Assembly: GCA_011369445.1 (NCBI GenBank)
Contig: DRQF01000028.1
Span: 2,061 to 66,060, forward strand
DNA from: Planctomycetota bacterium
GTDB taxonomy: Bacteria > Planctomycetota > GCA-002687715 > DRQF01
Direction: 5' to 3'
Length of the DNA stretch: 64,000 nt
A model generated the notes under the pieces. The model ran no database searches. It saw nothing but the letters and a program-made list of their open reading frames with translations, and had not been told where the DNA came from. Below are positions 56,295 to 64,000 of the stretch, one piece after another. The first letter of the stretch is position 1; each line of letters opens with the position of its first letter. The position numbers and the translations under genes were made by a program.

Positions 56295-57575
56295 ATGACG
56301 AAGAGGTACGCCATTCAGGCCCTCGTGATGCTCGTCTGCACACTTGGCGCCTGCGCTTCCCCTGGCCCGGAAGACAACCACCATCACGGCACCATGGGAG
56401 AGCACCACTCTTCCATGAGCGTCGATCCCGTGATCGCACGGCAACGTTCTCTCGAGGCGGCCCTCGCCGACTTGGGCGCGGAGAAATCTTGGGGCTTCAA
56501 GTTGGGAGGCGCTCAGGAAATCCACCGTTGCTGGTCTCGCGGTGACATGCTGCTCTGCGAAGCTTATGACCATCAGGACGAGATGTGGATCATCCACTGC
56601 ATCGATCTTCGGCGCGGCAAGCTGCGCTGGATTCTCGAACTGGGCGAACATCATCTCGATCGCGCCCCCTACGTCGGGCGGGGAACGACGGCGTTCCTCA
56701 CGGCGGATGACGGTGGACTCATCGTCGTCGACAACATGAGGGGAAGTCGCATCGGTCGCATTCGCAGCAAGCTCGGCATCGTTCCGTCCAGTCCCGCCAC
56801 AAGCGACGGGGCCACGGTCTACCTCGGAAGTCAGCTCTCCGGACGGCTCACTGCTGTCGCCGGCGACGACGGAGTGAAGGCTTGGGACTTCCTGGGCGAG
56901 GGAACCTGTAATCGGGCTCCCGTCCTCACTCACGGCTTGGCGCAGGAATTGGTGATCTACGGCACCGACGCCGCACGCCTCTACGCTTTGCCTGCTCGGA
57001 GCTACTCCGAGGGTCCGCCCTCCGAGGCCGAATGGGTGAAACCTCTCAACGGCAGCCCCAGCGGCGACATCGTTTCCGTCTGGATGCCCGGAGCCGACGG
57101 TGCGCCCGGTGAAGGGCTCGTGATTGCTCCCTGCGATGACGGTTGGCTCTATGGCGTCGATCCGGCGACGGGACGTTCCCGTTGGATCGTCCGATCGAAT
57201 GCGGCCTTTGTCGGCCGCCCCGCCGTGCGCAACGGCCGGGTGTATGCCACGAATCGCGATCGTCTCTTCTGCGTGGACGCGAAGACCGGCAAGCGTTTGT
57301 GGTATCCCGCTTCGGCGAAGAACAAGGATGCCTACCAAAGAGACGAAATTTTCGGTCCCGCCGAGGGATTCGAGCTCGGCGACCGCCTCCTCGCGGACGA
57401 CGGCAAGCGGGTCTTTTTGTTCCGTCGCGGTGGCCGTGTGATGCGTTGCAAGTGGGACAACGGCGAGGTGGAGAACGAATGGAGTCTCGACGACTTCGAT
57501 TTCTTCCCCACCAACACGGCAACAGGCGAGTTGGTCGTCCTCACCCGTGACGGCTACGTCCTCGCCTTCAAGTAG
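56295..57575 (+). CDS. PQQ-like beta-propeller lipoprotein (BamB-like)
   Basis: Lipobox LVCTLGAC after MTKRYAIQALVM. Repeated ..G.VY....DG.L.A.D..TG...W blades. Confidence 0.7.
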   Translation: MTKRYAIQALVMLVCTLGACASPGPEDNHHHGTMGEHHSSMSVDPVIARQRSLEAALADLGAEKSWGFKLGGAQEIHRCWSRGDMLLCEAYDHQDEMWIIHCIDLRRGKLRWILELGEHHLDRAPYVGRGTTAFLTADDGGLIVVDNMRGSRIGRIRSKLGIVPSSPATSDGATVYLGSQLSGRLTAVAGDDGVKAWDFLGEGTCNRAPVLTHGLAQELVIYGTDAARLYALPARSYSEGPPSEAEWVKPLNGSPSGDIVSVWMPGADGAPGEGLVIAPCDDGWLYGVDPATGRSRWIVRSNAAFVGRPAVRNGRVYATNRDRLFCVDAKTGKRLWYPASAKNKDAYQRDEIFGPAEGFELGDRLLADDGKRVFLFRRGGRVMRCKWDNGEVENEWSLDDFDFFPTNTATGELVVLTRDGYVLAFK

Positions 57576-57586
57576 TCGGAAACACC

Positions 57587-57620
57587 CGGGATCGGGGGGG
57601 ACGAGACCACCCCGATCCCG
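57587..57620. terminator. hairpin between convergent genes
   Basis: cgggatcgggg / ccccgatcccg forms an 11-bp perfect stem that fills the 45-nt gap between stop 57575 (+) and stop 57621 (-). Confidence 0.45.
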
Positions 57621-59072
57621 TCATCCTGCCCCGCGCTTCGACACCATTTCCAAGCTGATGAGCGGTTCGTCATTCCCTCGGATGCGACATCGTTCGTCCG
57701 CCCTCACTCCCGGAATCCACAAGATCCCCTCGTCGTCCGCCACGACGGGATAGCAGGGCCTCCGGTGGGATGGAATGCGGGCCTCGTGGAGCAGATCCAC
57801 GACCCGTTTGCGACCTCCCAATCCGAAAGGGCGCAGCTTCTCGCCGGGAACCCAACGGCGAAGATGGAGCGGGCCCGAGGTGACCCGTTGGGGGAGGGTC
57901 TGTTTCGTCCTGGCCCTCGAATTCCCCGTCGCGTTCTCAACCCCGGCGCGAATCGCCCACGGCCATGAAGGGACGGTGACGATGCCTGGGATGTCGAGTC
58001 GCTTGGCGGGCCACTTCGCCGATGTGCTCGCCTGAGAGCGATGGCGCGCCTCCACGACGAGCGTCGCTCCATCATCCCAGCGAGCGAACAGCCCCGAGCG
58101 GATTTCCCGAGGCCCGCCCGCCGCCGGTTCCGAGGCCCGAACAGCTCGCGTGACGGAAGGGGGCAGGGAGGCCGTGCTTGGCGCACTTTCCACCCTTCGC
58201 ATCAGGAGCGCGATGACAGCATGGGAGACTTCGAACGGCAAAGTACGGAGGGGAGCCAGAGGAAATCGCACCACGGCCAGCCCCTCCATGGCGTTGACGT
58301 CGGATGTGGCCCATTTCGCCACGAGGTGGTGGGCGAGATGAAGGGTGCGATCCCGGGTGGCCGCAGCCCGAGATCCGAGTGCCGCCAGACGACCGAGCAA
58401 CTCCTCCGTTTGCCCCTCGGCCGCTAGCGGGATCAGGACGTGCCGCAGCAGATTACGGCGGTGGCGCAGATCTCCATTGCTCTCGTCTTCGCGCCACGAA
58501 AGGCTCCAACGGCGCGCCTGTGCGGCGAGGGCGGACCGGGGAAAGGGAAGGAAGGGCCGCAGGAGGAGGAGCCCCTGCCCGGCTACGAGTCGACGCGCTT
58601 CGGGCATCGGCACGAGCCCCATGATCCCATGTCCCCGAGAAAGCTTCCACGCCAGGGTCTCGCCCTGGTCGTCACGATGCTGACCCGTGAGTATGGCGTC
58701 GAGGTGGAGTTCCTCCCCCAGACGAGCCAGCGCCCGGTAGCGGCCCTCGCGGGCCGCGTGCTCCATCGACGAGCCCGAACGCCCCGTGGCCCCCAGATCC
58801 AGCCGCGCGACGCGACACGGGAACCCGGAGCGGGACGCCGCGGCGATCACGGCTCGGGCGTCCCGTTGACTTGCGGTACGCAGCCCGTGATCCACGTGGA
58901 GGACCTCCACCTGCCAGGGCCGACCCGCCGCCACCCCTCGCCCCACAGATTCCAGCAGTAGCATCGAATCCAGCCCCCCCGAGACCGCGATCCCCAGCCG
59001 GGGACGTGGACATTCCGGGAGCCAGCGGCGAATCGTTGCCGTAAGTGCCGATTCGAAGCATGATTGCGTCAT
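57621..59072 (-). CDS. tilS: tRNA(Ile)-lysidine synthetase
   Basis: PP-loop GIAVSGGLDSMLL, with a C-terminal TilS substrate-binding-like domain. Confidence 0.8.
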   Translation of the reverse strand: MTQSCFESALTATIRRWLPECPRPRLGIAVSGGLDSMLLLESVGRGVAAGRPWQVEVLHVDHGLRTASQRDARAVIAAASRSGFPCRVARLDLGATGRSGSSMEHAAREGRYRALARLGEELHLDAILTGQHRDDQGETLAWKLSRGHGIMGLVPMPEARRLVAGQGLLLLRPFLPFPRSALAAQARRWSLSWREDESNGDLRHRRNLLRHVLIPLAAEGQTEELLGRLAALGSRAAATRDRTLHLAHHLVAKWATSDVNAMEGLAVVRFPLAPLRTLPFEVSHAVIALLMRRVESAPSTASLPPSVTRAVRASEPAAGGPREIRSGLFARWDDGATLVVEARHRSQASTSAKWPAKRLDIPGIVTVPSWPWAIRAGVENATGNSRARTKQTLPQRVTSGPLHLRRWVPGEKLRPFGLGGRKRVVDLLHEARIPSHRRPCYPVVADDEGILWIPGVRADERCRIRGNDEPLISLEMVSKRGAG

Positions 59073-59129
59073 TCGTCGTCGTCGTCCAGGTTCTGAGCCC
59101 GCGTTGATGCGCGACGCGCCCTTTTCTAA

Positions 59130-60209
<1,080 letters not shown>

Positions 60210-60238
60210 CGTCGCATTCTCGAACCGGAAAGCCGTTC

Positions 60239-61432
60239 ATGGCCAAACTGACGATCGATGACTTGGAGTTGGAGGGGCGCAGGGTCCTTATGCGCGCCGA
60301 CTTCAACGTCCCTTTGGATGCCGAGGGACGGATCACGGATGAGAAGCGGATCGTGGCGTCTTTGCCCACGATCCGCACGATTCTCGACCGGGGTGGTCGT
60401 TTGGTGTTGATGAGTCATCTCGGCCGTCCCAAGGGGAAACCGGACTCCGCATGCAGCTTGGCTCCGGTCGCCGAGGCTCTTTCTCGTCATCTGAAGTTCG
60501 ATGTGCCGCTCATCGCGCATCCCCTTTCGGACGAGGCTGAGACGGTCGTGGATCAGCTCGAGGACGGCCGCGCCGTACTTCTGGAGAACGTTCGGTTCCT
60601 GCCGGGCGAAACCGAGGGTGACCCCGAGCTCGCCCGGGCGCTGGCCCGGTTGGGCGACGTCTTCGTGAACGATGCCTTCGGATCGTCCCACAGGGCTCAC
60701 GCCAGCGTGACGGGCGTCGCCGCCCTTCTCCCCGCCGCCGCGGGCCTGTTGCTCCAAAAGGAGATGGAGGTCTTCGATCGACTCCTCCATGCGCCGCCTC
60801 GCCCCTTCGTGGCGATCCTTGGCGGCGCCAAGGTGGGCGACAAGATCAAGGTGATCGAGAATCTCCTCGATCTCGCGAACGTCATTCTCATCGGTGGCGG
60901 CATGGCGTATACGTTTCTCGAGATTCAAGGACATGCCGTCGGTCGTTCGATGGTCGACGAGAAGCACAGGGATCTGGCCAAGGCGACGCTCGAAGCTGCA
61001 CGGGACAAGGGGGTCAAACTCTTGCTTCCTATCGATCATGTCGTGGGGGCTGAATTCTCACCGGACACGAAGCCGGAAAGTTGCGGGCAGGATATCCCCG
61101 GTGATCGGATGGGGCTGGACATCGGGCCGGAAACCCGCGACCTCTACGCGAAGGAAGTCGCTCAGGCAGGGTGCGTGGTTTGGAACGGTCCCATGGGAGT
61201 CTTTGAGTGGTCGGGATTCGATAAGGGGACCCGCGCGGTCGCCGAGGCGTGCGCCAAGACAACCGGATTCACGGTGGTGGGCGGAGGCGATTCCGCGGCG
61301 GCGGTGGCGAAATTCGGGCTGGCCGACCAGATCGATCACGTTTCCACTGGCGGAGGCGCTTCGCTCGAGCTGTTGGAAGGGAAGACCTTGCCCGGGATTG
61401 CGGCCCTGACCGACAAGCCGGAGAACGGCTGA
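60239..61432 (+). CDS. pgk: phosphoglycerate kinase
   Basis: RADFNVPL, SHLGRPKG, GGGDS.AA.. Confidence 0.9.
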   Translation: MAKLTIDDLELEGRRVLMRADFNVPLDAEGRITDEKRIVASLPTIRTILDRGGRLVLMSHLGRPKGKPDSACSLAPVAEALSRHLKFDVPLIAHPLSDEAETVVDQLEDGRAVLLENVRFLPGETEGDPELARALARLGDVFVNDAFGSSHRAHASVTGVAALLPAAAGLLLQKEMEVFDRLLHAPPRPFVAILGGAKVGDKIKVIENLLDLANVILIGGGMAYTFLEIQGHAVGRSMVDEKHRDLAKATLEAARDKGVKLLLPIDHVVGAEFSPDTKPESCGQDIPGDRMGLDIGPETRDLYAKEVAQAGCVVWNGPMGVFEWSGFDKGTRAVAEACAKTTGFTVVGGGDSAAAVAKFGLADQIDHVSTGGGASLELLEGKTLPGIAALTDKPENG

Positions 61433-61486
61433 TTCGGGTCGCGGCGGCGAGTCCCACGGGTTAGGATTCCTCTGGAGGATCGAGAC

Positions 61487-62149
61487 TTGACCGCCAAAAT
61501 CGCCCCATCCTTGTTGTCCGCCGATTTTTCCCAGCTGGAGCGGGAGATCCGCGACGTGGAGTCGGCGGGGGCTGATTGGCTCCATCTCGACGTGATGGAT
61601 GGTCATTTCGTTCCGAACATCACCTTCGGTCCGCCTCTCGTGGCCAGCGTGCGCAAGGCGACTCAGCTCCCCTTGGACACCCATCTGATGATCTCGAATC
61701 CATCACGCTATGTCGAGGCGTTCTGCGACGCGGGCAGTGATCTCGTGAGTTTCCATATCGAGGCCGAGGACGCACCCGACGAGGTGATCGAGAAGATCCG
61801 AGGCAAGGGTTGCCAGGTCGGCATGGTCGTCAATCCGGAGACGGAGGTCGCAACGCTTGCGCCCTACCTGGACCGGTTGGACCTCGTTCTCGTGATGAGT
61901 GTGCATCCAGGGTTTGGCGGTCAGTCTTTCATGCCGGAGGTCTTGCCGAAGATCCCGCAGTTGCGGGCCATGGGTTTCCAGGGAGAGATCGAAATCGACG
62001 GCGGGATTTCGCCTCGAACGGCGCCTCGGGCCTTGGAGGCGGGCGCCACGGTCTTGGTTGCGGGATCGGCGGTTTTTGGTCAGGCAGATCGCAAGGCGGC
62101 CATCGACGCCTTGCGCGTCGCCGTGGAGGCGATCGAGGAGGAGGGATAG
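61487..62149 (+). CDS. rpe: ribulose-phosphate 3-epimerase
   Basis: IAPSLLSADF, HLDVMDGHFVPN, MSVHPGFGGQ.F. TTG start with GGAGGA 7 nt upstream. Confidence 0.9.
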   Translation: MTAKIAPSLLSADFSQLEREIRDVESAGADWLHLDVMDGHFVPNITFGPPLVASVRKATQLPLDTHLMISNPSRYVEAFCDAGSDLVSFHIEAEDAPDEVIEKIRGKGCQVGMVVNPETEVATLAPYLDRLDLVLVMSVHPGFGGQSFMPEVLPKIPQLRAMGFQGEIEIDGGISPRTAPRALEAGATVLVAGSAVFGQADRKAAIDALRVAVEAIEEEG

Positions 62150-62152
62150 CTC

Positions 62153-63121
62153 ATGGCATGGAAACGATTCCGCAAGAAGAAGGACCTGCCCAGCGGACTT
62201 TGGGTGAAGTGTCCGAGCTGTCGCGCCACACTCTTCAAGAAGGAACTCATCCGGAATGGCAACGTCTGTGGGCAGTGCGAGCACCACTTCCCGCTGACGG
62301 CGCGGGAGCGGGTGGACATGCTGGCGGATGGGGGGTCGTTCCAGGAGCAAAGTCCTGACCTCTACCCGATCGATCGGTTGGAGTTCGTCGACCGGGAGCC
62401 CTACGCCCACAAACTGGCCCGTGCGGTCGAGAAGACGGGGCAGAACGAGGCCGCTATCTACGGGCCGTGTACGATGGAAGGCAAGCCTGTTGTCCTTTGC
62501 GTTATGGACTTCACGTTCATCGGTGGCAGCATGGGGTGCGTCGTGGGGGAGAAGGTCACCCGTGCCGTGGAATTGGCCACGGAGAAGAACTGGCCCGTCA
62601 TCGTCGTCTCCGCCTCCGGCGGCGCGCGCATGCACGAGGGAGCGCTTTCCTTGATGCAGATGGCGAAGACATCCTGCGCCATCTCTCGTCACGACGCCCA
62701 AGGGGGGCTTTTCATTTCAGTCCTCAGCAACCCTACCACCGGCGGGGTGATGGCCTCCTTCGCGGCCCTGGGGGACCTGATCGTGGCGGAGCCCGGAGCG
62801 CTCATCGGCTTCGCGGGACCGCGTGTGATCAAAGAGACCCTCCGGCAGCAGCTCCCCGACGGTTTTCAGCGTTCGGAGTTCCTCCTTCCTCACGGATTCC
62901 TGGATCAAATCATCCACCGCAAGGACTTGAGGAGCTCTCTTGTGGACTTCCTCGATCATCTTTGGACCTATGCCGAGGGGGAGGTCCAAACGGAGTGGCT
63001 TGAACCCTCGTTTCCGCCTCAAGAAGAGGACACCGAGACGGTGGAGGAGGGGACGGACACGGGGGAAGGCGACAAGAGCGAGCCCTCGCCCGAGGGCGAG
63101 GAAGCCGCGAAGACCCCCTGA
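62153..63121 (+). CDS. accD: acetyl-CoA carboxylase carboxyltransferase subunit beta
   Basis: N-terminal zinc ribbon CPSC....CGQC, FIGGSMG, SGGARMHEG. Acidic C-terminal tail. Confidence 0.9.
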   Translation: MAWKRFRKKKDLPSGLWVKCPSCRATLFKKELIRNGNVCGQCEHHFPLTARERVDMLADGGSFQEQSPDLYPIDRLEFVDREPYAHKLARAVEKTGQNEAAIYGPCTMEGKPVVLCVMDFTFIGGSMGCVVGEKVTRAVELATEKNWPVIVVSASGGARMHEGALSLMQMAKTSCAISRHDAQGGLFISVLSNPTTGGVMASFAALGDLIVAEPGALIGFAGPRVIKETLRQQLPDGFQRSEFLLPHGFLDQIIHRKDLRSSLVDFLDHLWTYAEGEVQTEWLEPSFPPQEEDTETVEEGTDTGEGDKSEPSPEGEEAAKTP

Positions 63122-63266
63122 CATCGCCCCCCATGGAAAAAGCGGGGCGCTGGGACCTCTTCCGGGATTCCCGAAAGAATTTGGACTTGTCCCGCCGAAA
63201 CCTGACCTTAGAATTGCTCCGCACGGCTCAAGGGTCTCGATCCTAAAGCCTTGCACGACAACACAT

Positions 63267-63339
63267 TCCCCGATAGCTCAATTGGTAGAGTAGGTGACTG
63301 TTAATCACTTGGTTGCTGGTTCGAATCCAGCTCGGGGAG
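63267..63339 (+). tRNA. tRNA-Asn (anticodon GTT)
   Basis: Acceptor stem tccccga/tcgggga (7 bp), D-arm gctcaattggtagag, anticodon loop ctGTTaa, T-arm gctggTTCGAATCcagc, discriminator g. CCA is not encoded. Confidence 0.85.
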
Positions 63340-63370
63340 CTCGACACCCAAGATGTGTCGCGATCATCCA

Positions 63371-63405
63371 AGGCCGCCGATTCACCTCGGCGGCCTCATT
63401 CTTTT
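63371..63405 (+). terminator. intrinsic terminator after tRNA-Asn
   Basis: Perfect 10-bp stem aggccgccga / tcggcggcct with loop ttcacc, followed by cattctttt. Confidence 0.6.
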
Positions 63406-63600
63406 CCCCTCCGCCCCCAACCTCCCAGCACCCCAAGCCTTGGGTTCCCCGCCCCGCCACCCAGCCCCGTTCGCACCTCCGTCCACTCCAACCCTCTCCA
63501 CCAACCCCGTCCCCGTCTTCCTCGACCCCGCGCCCGAACTCTCTCCCAACTCTCTCCTTCCCCCCGATTCCCCCGCAAATCGCTTAACACCGCGACCGCT
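63397..63600 (+). other. strongly strand-asymmetric C-rich / G-poor tract
   Basis: My hand count over 63401-63580 gives about 103 C and about 20 G in 180 nt. All three + frames read as poly-Pro-like ORFs, which is a composition artefact. The minus strand carries many G3-G5 runs. Confidence 0.6.
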
Positions 63601-64000
63601 TCATGCCTCTGATCAGATCCCACCCGGCGTAGGTTCAGAATTCGATCGCCAGCCGCTCCGAACTGCCGCCCGGCTATCATGGGCTGTGGGCGGAATCTCC
63701 CGTCATTCGAGGTCTGAAGCGCGAATCGACCCCCCGAGCTAAATTCACTTTCCTCGCCATGGCACATGTGAATGGGTGTAGGATGGCACTGATGCTCAGC
63801 CTGCGGGGCCGAGGTCACTCGGAAGTGGTCCACCGGGTCGACCACACGTGCCGACGCGAGGCGAGACTCATTCGAGACGCGCTTGCCTATATGTCCCCGA
63901 GCCAGGGATGCCGCCCGTCAGAGCGAAATCGGCCACCAGCTCCTCGTCTGAAAAGCTACAATGTGGAGATCAGCATGCGAAGAACCGTCGACTTAATCTT

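Noticed and set aside
63294-63742. Three overlapping plus-strand ORFs (97-129 aa) that translate as proline-rich proteins just after tRNA-Asn.
   Set aside because: All three frames are open simultaneously because the DNA is about 57% C and nearly G-free. This is a composition artefact, and there is no RBS or start context. The region is reported as a nucleotide-level feature instead.

Overview
GC-rich bacterial chromosomal window (about 60-65% GC by eye), densely coding on both strands. I call about 50 protein genes and one tRNA (Asn-GTT). I see no rRNA, CRISPR array, transposase, integrase or phage genes. No 16S is present, so the lineage cannot be assigned. FHA/Hanks kinases, a giant TPR protein, MAM/CARDB exoproteins and an Arg-rich Rho extension suggest a large-genome environmental bacterium, but that is only inference. 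Because of the high GC, most long antisense ORFs in the six-frame track are artefacts. Contents in order: (1) a 5'-truncated CARDB/MAM exoprotein and two exported hypotheticals (2-5850). (2) An anaerobic benzoyl-CoA degradation cluster, had-oah-dch-bcrCBAD-SDR-GNAT (6031-14909), with four consecutive ATGA/GTGA start-stop overlaps. (3) A minus-strand four-gene operon of unknown function: 4xCxxC protein, divergent amidohydrolase, bitopic membrane protein, GH99-like exoprotein (14932-19325). It sits back to back with an exported hypothetical, a small ferredoxin and a soluble Ser/Thr kinase (19340-22203). (4) An EF-G paralogue plus membrane protein, and a domain-permuted aconitase-family gene preceded by a leader ending in a hairpin-T8 terminator. 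(5) An orphan radical SAM/SPASM gene. (6) Housekeeping genes: sdhCAB, argS, typA, rho (long structured leader, disordered Arg-rich N-terminus), rpmH (45 codons, absent from the ORF track), ugd, purN, a purine nucleoside phosphorylase, yggS, tilS, gap, pgk, rpe, accD. (7) A 1371-aa TPR protein, an MBOAT/AlgX-like O-acyltransferase pair, an FHA-kinase coupled to purine genes, and a BamB-like lipoprotein. (8) tRNA-Asn, then a perfect terminator hairpin and a roughly 190-nt C-rich, G-poor tract. Nothing here is proven to be a new system. The best candidates for follow-up are the 14932-22203 block of unknowns, the SDR/GNAT extension of the benzoyl-CoA reductase operon, the attenuator upstream of the permuted aconitase, the structured rho leader and the post-tRNA C-tract.
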